Notes under the pieces: model-generated
What the model was told of the DNA's origin: nothing
Database searches by the model: none
The model's input: the letters and a program-made list of their open reading frames with translations, nothing else
Assembly: GCA_963836185.1 (NCBI GenBank)
Contig: CAWIIQ010000001.1
Coordinates: forward strand, 1,600,001-1,664,000
Direction of reading: 5' to 3'
Source: Candidatus Krumholzibacteriia bacterium
GTDB taxonomy: Bacteria; Krumholzibacteriota; Krumholzibacteriia; Krumholzibacteriales; Krumholzibacteriaceae
DNA: 64,000 nt
Shown here: positions 29,846 to 41,098 of the stretch, piece by piece
Numbering within the stretch: the stretch's first letter is position 1
Layout: each line of letters opens with the position of its first letter
Translations under genes and position numbers: made by a program

Positions 29846-31398
29846 ATGATGAGGGAGTGGGAAGGCGAATCCATTGTGATCCTTGATTTCGGGTCCCAGT
29901 ATACGCAGCTGATTGCGAGAAGGATCAGGGGCGAGGAAGTGTTCTCGGTCATCCTGCCGCATTCAGCCGGAATCGAAGAGATCATGGCTGAGAAACCGAA
30001 AGGACTCGTCCTTTCAGGCGGTCCCGCGGATCTTACGGAGGAGAACGCGCCCAGGCTCAAAGCGGATATATTCTCCCTCGGAATCCCCGTACTTGGTATA
30101 TGTTACGGCATGCAGTTAATATCCCAGATGAAGGGTGCGGAGCTGGAGAAATCGGGCCAGCGGGAGTTCGGGCACACGAGGATCGAGGCTGATACCGATA
30201 CGACGATCTTCAGTGGGACCCCTCCGGAGCAGAAGGTCTGGATGAGCCACGGGGTGCGCCTCAAATCGATGCCTGCCGGATTCGAGACAATCGCTTCCTC
30301 GGTCGGATGCCCGATAGCGGCGATGAGCAATGACAGAGGAGAGGATATACGGGCTTCAGTTCCACCCTGAGGTCTTCCATACGGAAAACGGCCTGGAGAT
30401 ACTGCAGAATTTCCTTTTCGAGATCTGCGGATGCGAGAGGGTATGGAGTTCAAGGTCGTTCGTCGACCTCGAAGTATCCCGTATCAGGAAAAGGGTAGGC
30501 GAATGAGCGCGTCCTCTGCGCAGTCAGCGGAGGGGTGGACAGTTCAGTCATGGCCGCGCTGGTCGACAGGGCGATCGGAAAACAGCTCGTACCCGTATTC
30601 GTGGACAACGGGCTCCTCAGGGAGAACGAAGCGGAAGAGGTCCAGGAGATACTTGCCGGGTGCCTTACGACTGACCTCGTTTTTGTCGATGCCGCGGATG
30701 AATTCCTGACAAAACTCGAAGGGGTGACCGATCCCGAGAAGAAGCGAAAGATAATCGGCGGTACATTTATAGACGTATTCGAGAGAGAAAGCGAAAGACT
30801 CGGACCATTCGCCTTCCTCGCCCAGGGAACGCTGTATCCGGATGTCATCGAGAGCAGGTCTACTGTTGGCCCGTCCGATATGATCAAGTCCCACCACAAT
30901 GTCGGAGGCCTTCCCGACGAGATGAGCTTCGAGCTTATCGAGCCGCTCTCTCTACTTTTCAAGGATGAGGTGAGGGAGGTGGGAAGATTCCTCGACCTTC
31001 CATCCGAACAGATAGAGCGTCACCCGTTCCCCGGGCCGGGGCTGGCGGTCAGGGTCCCAGGCGCTATCACGCGGGAAGATCTCGCTCTCCTTCGCAGCGT
31101 CGACAGGATATTCATCGACGGCCTGAAACGCGATGGACTGTACAATGAGGTCTGGCAGGCATTCGCGGTACTCCTTCCTGTCAGAAGTGTCGGCGTCATG
31201 GGAGACGAGCGAACATACCAGAAAGCCGCGGCTCTGAGAGCGGTGACCAGCACAGACGGGATGACGGCTGACTGGGCCAGGCTCCCGTATGAATTCCTCC
31301 AGGACATATCGAACGAGATCATCAACAGGGTCGATGGAGTAAACAGGGTCGTTTACGACATCAGCTCCAAGCCACCCAGCACTATCGAATGGGAATGA
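29846..31398 (+). CDS. guaA: GMP synthase, two frameshifts (~30335, ~30502)
   Basis: [20 protein letters not shown] (shifted frame), [32 protein letters not shown]. Confidence 0.95.
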
Positions 31399-31446
31399 TC
31401 CGGAGACGCAGACAGAGACATCACTCTTTCCGTTCCTGCTGATACT

Positions 31447-33474
31447 ATGATCAATAGAACAGGATCTCTTCTTCTATTCTTATCGGCACTGTTAATCAGC
31501 TCGCCCGATGTCCGCGCCGAGTTATCCCTTTCGGGCGCCGTGAGAGCGCTCCGCGCGGACAGCTTTTCAACCGCGCTGAGATTATCGGAGGCAGAAGAGA
31601 GTAATCCCTGGCTCGAGGTCTACAGGATGCAGGTAAAGGCAGAGGCCTCGCTCGGCCTTGCCGACAGCAGTGGAGCCGCCTCGTGGGCGCTCAGAGCGCT
31701 TGGCATTATTTCAGCCGGCGGTGCTGCCGGACATCCGGAGGAGGAAAGACTGGCCGACCTGGCCGTGACGTGCGTCGGCCCGGAACCTGTCCTTTCTTTC
31801 CTGACCGGGGAGAACTCAACTCGCCTGGCTCCCGGGACACTGCTTCGTACAGGGCTTTATCATCTCATAACCCGGAATATGGATGAAGCCGCGAAATATA
31901 TCACCTTTGCAGCTGACCGAAGGCCGGACGAAGACGATATATACCTGCTCAGGGAACTGTACGAGGAAGGGATCTCTGACCTTCCGGGAATATCACCTGA
32001 GACTGTCGCTTCTCTTGCATCGTCCGCCATATCAGCCGGGGACGACAGGATGTCGAAGGACCTGATCGATCTGTTGAGGTCGAAAGGGCACTATGCGTGG
32101 TTGGCCGATATCCTCGATGGAGATCTGCTCGCTTCTTCCGGCAGAAATACGAAGGCCCTGGCACGCTACAGGTCTGTCTTCCGTTCAGAGATCTACCCGA
32201 TAGAGGGAAAGAAAAAAGCTCTTCAGCGACTCGCCGGCCTCCAGTACAGGATGAAGAAGTACTCTGATGCTTCATCGAGTTACAGGACGTACGGCCTCTA
32301 CTATCCCGATGATCCTCTTGCCGAGATTTCGACCGACAGATCGGCGAGACTGGAAGCAGCTTCAGGACACTGGGACACAGCTGTAGAAACCTGGCGCAGG
32401 ATCGCAGATGCCGGTCCGGTTACGCTGACGGGCCGCGAGGCAATCCTTGCCATGGCCGTGGTCCTCGAGAGGACCGGCAGAAAGGACGAGGCGTTCGATC
32501 TCCTTGACGCCAATCTTGACGGCGCTGGGGGGAGGCTCCGTGCTGCCTACCTGTACTGGATGATCAGGACATGCGGGGACCAGGAGCTGCGCTCCGAACA
32601 TTCATTGATCCTTTCAGGAGAATCCGCGAATTCTTTCTATGCAATAGCGATAGCGGAGGGGGCAGACTTCCTCGACGCGGATAGCGAGAGAGGCCCGGCC
32701 CCGTCAATAGAAGCGCTGGAGACCGCCACGAGAAGATCTCCGTTTCCGGGCACAGGCGGACTGGCCGGGCACCCTTCACTCGGAGCGTTCAGATATTTCG
32801 CCGGCGAAAAGATGAAGATAGATGCAGCGGCGTGTGCCAGGGCATATCTCGCATACCTTGAAAAAGCGGAGAGGAACGAGTCGATAGGGACCCTCTACAG
32901 CGAGGCGCTGGAGGCGGGCCTGGAGGGCTTCTGCCTCGAGATCGCAGTCGGCCATCCCAGCCTTTTTACCGGGAGGGAGGATTACATCGAATACCTCTAT
33001 CCCTTTGCCTTCGGATCAGAGATCGACAGGTACTGCGAAGAAAGAGCGCTTCCACCCGAACTTGTGCTGGCAGTGATAAGAGAGGAGAGCAGGTTCGACG
33101 ACACGATCGAGTCACACGCGGGAGCCTGGGGCCTGATGCAGATAATGCCCTCAACAGGTGAATGGATCGGAGGAAAAGTCGGCAGGAAAGATATCGGCAT
33201 TTCCGATCTTCATGATCCCGGCTTCAACATCGAAGCGGGATGCTGGTACCTCCGTTTCCTCCTGGACCGGGCAGATGAATCGATCGTCGCCGCACTTGCC
33301 TCGTACAACGCCGGTCACGGACGGATGCGGTCGTGGAAAAAGAGATACCATCCCGACAAGGATCCACTGGCAGCCATAGAGATGATAGGCCCCTCAGAGA
33401 CAAGACAGTACGTGCGCCGCGTGCTCGACTCGATGACCGCCTACAGCCGGGAGCTCTCAAGCGGGAAAAGATGA
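31447..33474 (+). CDS. Soluble lytic transglycosylase (Slt-type) with TPR region
   Basis: AVIREESRF, AWGLMQIMPST, ASYNAG, ETRQYV. Confidence 0.9.
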   Translation: MINRTGSLLLFLSALLISSPDVRAELSLSGAVRALRADSFSTALRLSEAEESNPWLEVYRMQVKAEASLGLADSSGAASWALRALGIISAGGAAGHPEEERLADLAVTCVGPEPVLSFLTGENSTRLAPGTLLRTGLYHLITRNMDEAAKYITFAADRRPDEDDIYLLRELYEEGISDLPGISPETVASLASSAISAGDDRMSKDLIDLLRSKGHYAWLADILDGDLLASSGRNTKALARYRSVFRSEIYPIEGKKKALQRLAGLQYRMKKYSDASSSYRTYGLYYPDDPLAEISTDRSARLEAASGHWDTAVETWRRIADAGPVTLTGREAILAMAVVLERTGRKDEAFDLLDANLDGAGGRLRAAYLYWMIRTCGDQELRSEHSLILSGESANSFYAIAIAEGADFLDADSERGPAPSIEALETATRRSPFPGTGGLAGHPSLGAFRYFAGEKMKIDAAACARAYLAYLEKAERNESIGTLYSEALEAGLEGFCLEIAVGHPSLFTGREDYIEYLYPFAFGSEIDRYCEERALPPELVLAVIREESRFDDTIESHAGAWGLMQIMPSTGEWIGGKVGRKDIGISDLHDPGFNIEAGCWYLRFLLDRADESIVAALASYNAGHGRMRSWKKRYHPDKDPLAAIEMIGPSETRQYVRRVLDSMTAYSRELSSGKR

Positions 33475-33670
33475 GGATTCTGCGCAACCCTTGCAGAATG
33501 CACGCGTTATAGCCTCATGTGACAATATTCCGATCGATCCGGCATTAATCTTTTCAACGGATCCAGGCAATGATACTCCCCGCCATGAGCTGATCGATAC
33601 ATGCTTCTGTAATACCTTGAATACATTACTGATACAAGCTTATCGCTGCACTGTCTCATAATGTCTCATT

Positions 33671-33686
33671 TGGCCTGCGAATTGCT
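33671..33686 (+). promoter_or_regulatory. Sigma54 (-24/-12) promoter
   Basis: TGGC-CTGCGAA-TTGCT, canonical spacing, 65 bp upstream of the TPR gene. Confidence 0.65.
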
Positions 33687-33751
33687 ATTCCTTCCGCGAG
33701 GGGTGTCCTGAAGACACAATAAACGCCGAAAGGTAAGGAAGGTCGTATAAT

Positions 33752-34693
33752 ATGTTCGTCGAAAGGTTCCTCAGGTTTATCCCGAAAAAGAATCTCAAGA
33801 AGGCGATCGAGTTCTTCAATAAGGGGGACTACAGGAAGGCCTGCAAGGAATTTGAAGTCTATATCGACCATTCCGGTGACCTGGAATCGGGCAAAGACCA
33901 GGAACTCATCCGTATGTATATGGTCGAATCGTACCTCGAATACTCAAAGAAGCTGGAAAACGACGGCGAGACAACGCTGGCCATCGAGCAGCTGGAAAAA
34001 GCTATAGAGCTTCAGCCGAAATACGCAGACGTACATTACGGCCTGGCAAAGCTCTACGAAAAGAGCGGCCAGAGGGTCAATTCGCGGGAAAGCCTCAAGA
34101 GGGCCCTGTCGATCAACCCCAACTATTTCAAGGCTCGCGTAATGCTGGCCAGAAGCTACTGGCTCGACGGCAAATACGACCGCGGCTCCGAAGAACTGGT
34201 ATCCAGCCTGGCGGCATCGCCAGCTTTCTTTATCGAGCAGGTCCAGGAACTTACAGGGATGATGAACAATGATCCCGGCAATGAAGATATCAAGGATCTC
34301 TTCAGAAGACTTCTAGAGGAGAGGCCCTCCTCTTCGCAGGTCAGCAAGCAGCTGGCTCTGGAATCGATACAGAACGGTGATTATGATTTTGCACTTGCCG
34401 AGTTGAAGAAAGCGCTCTCGCTGCATCCGAATTATCCGGATCTCCACAACATGCTGGGAATCGCTTACGCGAATTCAGGAATGACCGACGACGCCATCAT
34501 GGAATTCGAGACAGCACTCAAGGTCAACCCGGACTACCTGAAAGCGAGGCTCAACCTCGCTCTCTCGCTCTATGAAAAGGGAGCCCGGGAAGAGTCCAGA
34601 AAGAACCTCGATATGGTACTCAGGCTCGACCCGGAAAATGAACTGGCGAAAAATCTCATGAATGAACTTTCACCGGTTGGGAGCGAGAGGTAA
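33752..34693 (+). CDS. TPR repeat protein
   Basis: Multiple TPRs (KAIELQPKYADVH, KALSLHPNYPDLH). Confidence 0.88.
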   Translation: MFVERFLRFIPKKNLKKAIEFFNKGDYRKACKEFEVYIDHSGDLESGKDQELIRMYMVESYLEYSKKLENDGETTLAIEQLEKAIELQPKYADVHYGLAKLYEKSGQRVNSRESLKRALSINPNYFKARVMLARSYWLDGKYDRGSEELVSSLAASPAFFIEQVQELTGMMNNDPGNEDIKDLFRRLLEERPSSSQVSKQLALESIQNGDYDFALAELKKALSLHPNYPDLHNMLGIAYANSGMTDDAIMEFETALKVNPDYLKARLNLALSLYEKGAREESRKNLDMVLRLDPENELAKNLMNELSPVGSER

Positions 34694-35392
34694 ATGGCCG
34701 TGAATAACACAAAAAGCGAATATTATTCCATACTGGAAGTCTGGCCCAAGTCTACCGCAGAGGAAATAAAGAAGAACTATTTCCGTCTCGCGAAGCTCTA
34801 CCATCCGGACGTCGCCGGTGACAAACCAGAGAACAGGGAGCGCTTCAAGCTGATAAATGAGGCTTTCAGCGTCCTCAGCGACCCGGAAAAACGAAGGGAA
34901 TATGACGAATTCACACGAGCCAAGGGTGCCACGAGGGAAGGGAAGGAGATGCGGGAGCAGGACGGCAGGAGTGCGTCAATGGCTTTCAGGCAGGCCCGCG
35001 ACTCGATGAGGGCGGGAAGGTACGACAAGGCTATAATGCTGCTGAGAACGGCAATACGTTTCGATGACTCGGATCCGGCGTATCACAGCTGGTACGGTTT
35101 CTGCCTCGCGATGACAAACTCTGATCTCCACGAGGCGAGGGATGCCTGCAGAAAAGCGATCGAGATCGAGTTCTACAGCGCTGATTTCCACGCGAATCTG
35201 GGATTCGTATACTTCAAGGCCGGTCTGAAGAATCAGTCTGTAAAGCATTTCAACGAGGCTTTGAAGTGGGATTCCGAACATAATCTGGCGAAAAAGGTCA
35301 TGGCTCAGCTTGACGGGGGAAATACCGTCTACGGCGGAGCGGGCCCGATCGACAAGATGATAGCGGGATTCAAGAAGATATTTGCCGGTTGA
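34694..35392 (+). CDS. J-domain + TPR protein
   Basis: YYSILEV...YHPD...AFSVLSDPEKRREYD, then TPRs. Confidence 0.9.
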   Translation: MAVNNTKSEYYSILEVWPKSTAEEIKKNYFRLAKLYHPDVAGDKPENRERFKLINEAFSVLSDPEKRREYDEFTRAKGATREGKEMREQDGRSASMAFRQARDSMRAGRYDKAIMLLRTAIRFDDSDPAYHSWYGFCLAMTNSDLHEARDACRKAIEIEFYSADFHANLGFVYFKAGLKNQSVKHFNEALKWDSEHNLAKKVMAQLDGGNTVYGGAGPIDKMIAGFKKIFAG

Positions 35393-35470
35393 TACAAAGC
35401 GAAATAAAAATCCGATTAATTGTTGATTTTTCAGGCGTCTCTGGCTAACCTCTCCCCCGAGGTGATTGCC

Positions 35471-37403
35471 ATGAGAAGGACCTGCTTTGTATGTTACGGC
35501 GCCGACGGCAAGAAAAACTCGCTCACCTATCATGAGATCTCACGAAAAATCGAGGGAGATGAATTCTTTCTCTTTCTTTCGCCGACCAGGCCGGAAGACG
35601 AAGCGCCGCTGAAAGAACTGTACAGGCGCATCGTTTCATCATCAAGACTGGGGCACCCGGCCAGGTTCTTCAAGGAACTGGCCGAATCGGTGGAGATGTC
35701 CGGTGAATACGGCCCGGACGATTCCTGGCTGGAGGAATCGATCGTCCTCCTTGTATGGAGAAAGAATGAAGAAGCCTTCATATTCAGAAACAAGAGGATA
35801 GAGCCTGTTCATTTCGACCCGGGAACAGGCAGGGAAGGTACCGATAGAGTCTCTCGAGAACAGGGTGGAGATCGGGCTTCAGAAGGACGGAAGTCAGGCC
35901 GACCTGTTCGACAAGAGATACGGGGATCATTTCATCCTTGAACAGTTTATTATGTCGACCGGTGGAAATACGCTCCTTTTCGCGCCCTCGAGGGATTTCG
36001 TGCGGAGAAACAGGGAAGCGCTGCTCGACAGCGTTCTCTTTCCTTCCTTCGATGTGCCTGCGAGCGGGGAGCTGGAGGTGGATACGGACAGGTCGCTGGC
36101 AGCCATGCACTGGGGAAAGGTCGAGGCTGCCGGTGAAGTTCCGGAACGGAAGAAACGGGGTGTGGAGATCATGAAAGCATCAGTACCGATGGCAGCAGGC
36201 GCAGTTGCGCTGATCATTGCGATCCTGCTTATATTCAAGCCTTTCGGAGGTAACAGTGACGAATCCGGAAACGGGGAGGATGTACTTCTTGCGCCTGCGG
36301 GAAACACGGATACCGGAGATATGGAGAATGGAGAAAACGAAGCGGCCGTGGAGGAAGTGACCGCCGCGGTCGACGCGGGCGAGCCTACGATACCCCCGAC
36401 CGGCAATACTAACCCGCCGGCTGCAAGAGTGGCCCTCTCGGAGGGGTGGAAGAAGAAATTCGGCGCTGCCGTGACATCTTCCCCCGTCATATGCGGGGAA
36501 AACGTCATGTTCGGGTGCAGGGACGGGAATCTCTACGCATTCTCTCTCGACGGCAGCATAAAATGGAAATACGCCGCCTCGACCGGAGTCGGCGCTACTC
36601 CCGCCTGCTCGGGCGGCCGTGTCGTCGGGGCCGATTACGAAGGGAACGTCTTCTGCCTGTCAGCGGCGGACGGCAAGATGATTTGGAATTATCGCAGCGG
36701 CACCAAGATCGTCAGCAGCCCGGTCATCAGGGACAAGACGGTCATAGTCTCCACGATGGACGGCAGGATCATCTCGCTCGACATGGAGACCGGCGACAGG
36801 AGATGGAGCCAGAAGATAGGCGATCAGGTCTGGGCGACGCCCGCTGTCGGCAGGGACTATATCGTGGCGGCCAGCACGGACGGCTCGCTGGTCAGGCTGA
36901 CTCTTGATGGAAAAGTAGTATGGAGGGTCGAACCGGGCGGAGAACTTCATTCGTCGCCGCTCGCAATAGAGCAGAAGGACCTCGTGATAGTCGGCACAGG
37001 TGACCGTTACCTCATCGGATATTCCCTTTCAGCCGGGATGCTCATGTGGAGGTACGGAGCCGGCAGCGAGGTAAGGAGCGCCCCCGTCACCTCCGGCGGC
37101 ACTATCGTAGCTGGAACGGAGGACGGACTGATCGTCGCCATCGATATGGACGGGCAGCTTTTATGGAAGAAGGACCTGGGGGGAGCTATCAGGTCAAAGC
37201 CCTTGATAATGGGTGAACTGATCGCCGTAACATCATACAATTCCAAACTATCCCTACTGTCGTTGTCAGACGGGTCGATAACCGCGGAGTACAGGGCCGA
37301 CGCGCCGATATATTCCTCTCCGGCCTATTACGACGGCAGGATCTTTTTCGGCTCGAACGGGGGATTCCTGCACGCTCCGGCGGTCTCGACCTCCGGAGGA
37401 TGA
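35471..37403 (+). CDS. Membrane protein with periplasmic PQQ-like (BamB-type) beta-propeller, frameshift near 35841
   Basis: TM helix then repeats 'SSPV...G..DG.LYA...DG..KW'; upstream ORF 35471-35941 joins with one base removed. Confidence 0.75.
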
Positions 37404-37514
37404 TCCCGGGAGCTGGAACAAGGGCATCATTACGCCTCCGCCGCCTCGTCAAGGGTCTGCCTTGATTGACCGGAGGCGTTATATTATCTTGCTGTACGAC
37501 TGGAGGTCCTTTTC

Positions 37515-40500
37515 TTGTTCAAGGGATTGATACATAAGTTCGTCGGAGACAGGAAATCGAGGCTGATGAAGCGCCTCGCTCCCCGTATAGACGAGGTGAA
37601 AGAGCTGGCCGAAAGCTTTTCGGGGCTTTCAGACGATGATTTCCCCGTCAAGACCGCGGAGTTCATCGAGAGGCTTCGCGGCGGCGAGACAGTAGACGAT
37701 ATAATGCCCGAAGCCTTCGGGCTGGTATTCGAGGCCTGCAGGAGGCATGTGGGTCGTTCGTGGAACGTGGTCGGCCACGAGATCACCTGGGAGATGGTAC
37801 CGTTCGACGTGCAGATAGCCGGCGCGATAGCCCTGCATGAAGGTTCGATCTCAGAGATGGCCACGGGAGAGGGCAAGACCCTCGTGGCTGTCATGCCTCT
37901 CTACCTCAACGCCCTCGACAAGAGGGGCGCCCACCTGATCACAGTCAACGATTATCTCGCCAGGCGAGACGCAGAGTGGATGGGGAAGATCTACGAATTT
38001 CTCGGGCTGACCGTGGGATTCCTCCAGAACGAGATGGGGCCTGAGGAACGAAAACGGGTGTATGAGAGCGACATCACTTACGGGACGAACAACGAGTTCG
38101 GATTCGATTACCTCAGGGACAACATGAAGCTCAACAGCGAGTACCAGGTCCAGAGGATCCATCATTTTGCCATCGTCGATGAGGTCGATTCGGTCCTTGT
38201 GGACGAGGCCAGAACACCTCTTATCATATCGGGGCCTGTACAGGGCTCCTCAAGAGATGAAAACTTCTCATTTCTCCGAACCCGTATCGAGGGACTTGTC
38301 CGCAAGCAGAAGAGGATGATAAACGACCTGATGAGCGAGGTCGAGAGATCTGCCTCTGCAGACCTCGATGAGGAATCCGGAGAGGATGATCATGACCTCG
38401 GCGTAAAGCTTCTTCTCGCCCAGCGGGGCGACCCGAAGAACAAAAAGTTCACGAAGATCCGCAAGATGCCCGGGTATGAAAGGATGATGCTCAGCGCCGA
38501 AGCCGGGTTCATGAGGGACAAGACGATGCACGAGCTGGACGAGGAACTGTTCTTCGTCGTCGACGAGAAAGGGAATACGGTCGACCTTACAGAGAAGGGG
38601 CGGAACAATCTGTCCAAGGAAGACAGGGAGCTTTTCGTACTGCCCGATCTCAGCATCCAGGTCGAAGAGATAGATTCGGATGAGAGCCTCGAGCCGGCCG
38701 ACAAGATAAGAAAGAAGGATGCCGCTTACAGGCGATACGCTGAGAAAAGCGAGGTCATCCACAATTTCTCCCAGTTGATGAAGGCCTATTCTCTTTTCGA
38801 GAAGGACGTCGATTACGTCGTCCAGGATGGAAAGGTGATGATCGTCGATGAGTTTACCGGCCGCCTGATGCCGGGAAGACGCTTCAGCGACGGCCTTCAC
38901 CAGGCCCTCGAGGCGAAGGAGAATGTACGTATCGAAGGCGAGACGCAGACCTTCGCCACGATCACGCTTCAGAACTACTTCAGGATGTACGACAAACTCG
39001 CCGGTATGACAGGTACCGCCGAGACAGAGGAAGAAGAGTTCCACAAGATCTACTGATCTCGTGGTAAATGTCATCCCTACAAACAGGCCGGTCCGGCGTA
39101 TCGACTACGACGACATAATCTTCCGTACCAAACGTGAGAAATATGCCGCGATCATACAGGAGACAAAGAGGCTTCACGAGGCGGGCCTTCCCGTACTCGT
39201 CGGTACGGTCACCGTCGATGTGTCCGAGACGCTCAGCCGGATGCTGAAACGCGAAGGTATCCCTCACAACGTGCTCAACGCCAAACAACACCAGAGCGAG
39301 GCGGAGATCGTGGCAGCTGCAGGGAAGAAGGGAGCCGTCACGATAGCCACCAACATGGCGGGCAGGGGCACGGATATCAAGCTGGACAAGGGGATAGTCC
39401 AGTGCGAAAGATGCTGCATACTGTGCGAGACACCCGATGGTTGCGCCGAATGCCCCAATGAGGAGAAGAAGACGGACTGCGTAGAGGACGTCCCGTGCGG
39501 ACTCCAGATAATCGGGACCGAGAGGCACGAGAGCAGGAGGATAGACAGGCAGCTTCGCGGAAGATCGGGCAGGCAGGGAGATCCCGGGGCTTCGAGATTC
39601 TTCATCTCGCTCGAGGACGACCTGATGCGGCTCTTCGGATCCGAAAGGATCTCCGGAGTGATGGACAGGCTGGGAGCCGAGGAAGGCGAGGTGATAACTC
39701 ACCCCTTCATAACCAGAGCGATCGAAAAATCCCAGAAGAAGGTAGAGCTGTATAACTTCGGGATCAGGAAGAGACTGCTCGAATATGACGACGTCATGAA
39801 CAAGCAGCGCGAGGTGATCTACGGCAGGCGTAACAGCATCCTCGACACCGACGACCTGGACGGCATGGTCCACGGCCTTATAGATAATGTCATCGACCAG
39901 GTGACATTCGGATATATGCCGGAAGACTCGCTTCCTGAGCAGTGGGATATAGGAGGCGCTGCCGGCGAGCTCGAAACGATATTCCTTTTCAAGTTCGATA
40001 CGGCCGGCCTGTCAGAAAAAGACCGTAAGGAAGAGCAGGCGATAATCAGCCATTTTCGTTCCGAGGCCAGGAAAGCCTTCGAGATCAGAAAATCGATGAT
40101 CCCCGGGGATATAATGCTCCAGCTCGAGAAGATGATCATGCTGCAGAGCATCGATGAGAAATGGATGGACCACCTCAGGGAACTCGACAGCCTCCGCGAA
40201 GGGATCCATTTCAGGTCCTACGCTCAGAAGGACCCGCTCGTCGAGTATAAACAGGAAGCTTTCCAGATGTTCTCCGACATGGTGGATGATATAGACAGGA
40301 CCGTCCTCTGGGGCCTCTTCCACGCAAGGGTCGATTCCCCGGAAAAGGCCGAGCGGAAGCAGCCACGCCGTGAAGTGGCCATGCACCGGACTGTCGACGC
40401 CTATGCGGCCGCGCCTCAGAGTCAGCCGGATGCATCTCCCCGGGCTTCAGCCCCCGGAGGGGGCATCCGATCGGGGCCCAGAGCCGCCGCAGCGCCGCTG

Positions 40501-40590
40501 CAGCGTGAAGAGCCCAAGGTCGGAAGAAACGACCCGTGTCCCTGCGGAAGCGGTAAAAAATATAAAAAGTGTTGCGGCCAGGGTGCCTGA
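37515..40590 (+). CDS. secA: Preprotein translocase ATPase SecA, frameshift at 39054
   Basis: [43 protein letters not shown]-terminal [14 protein letters not shown]. Confidence 0.97.
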
Positions 40591-40639
40591 GAGACATTAT
40601 ACATGCTTTCCGACATGAGATAGAGAAAGGACTGCACCT

Positions 40640-41086
40640 GTGACCGGCGGAAACAACGATGAGCGCATCAGGGAGATCATCTCCTGGATAATAGACAATG
40701 AGCCGGACGATCTCTACGATCCCGGGATACTCTATACCCGTCTCGAGGCTATGGGGTACTCGCAGGAGGAGATAGGAAAGGCTATGCTTCTGCTCGACGC
40801 CGATTCGATACGAGGAGGCATACTTGCGGATGACGGATTCACCGGTGGCACACGAATCCTGTCTGCCATTGAAAGAAGCATGCTCAGCCTGGAAGCGCAG
40901 GGCTGGCTCCTCTGGCTGCGCAGCGCCGGCTGGATATCGGAGACTCACCTGAGCCTGATCATAGAGAGCGCCGGACTGGAATACGGGTCTCCCGCCTCGC
41001 TCGAGGAAGTAATGGAGATCGCTTTCCGCTATGTGCCTTCGATACCGGACGGATCGGACGATTACGGATACGGGGAAATCAACTGA
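40640..41086 (+). CDS. smg: DUF494/Smg family protein
   Basis: 'GYSQEEIGKA', 'RILSAIERSMLSLEAQGWL'; typical position upstream of topA. Confidence 0.75.
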   Translation: MTGGNNDERIREIISWIIDNEPDDLYDPGILYTRLEAMGYSQEEIGKAMLLLDADSIRGGILADDGFTGGTRILSAIERSMLSLEAQGWLLWLRSAGWISETHLSLIIESAGLEYGSPASLEEVMEIAFRYVPSIPDGSDDYGYGEIN

Positions 41087-41098
41087 GGAAGCATTACA

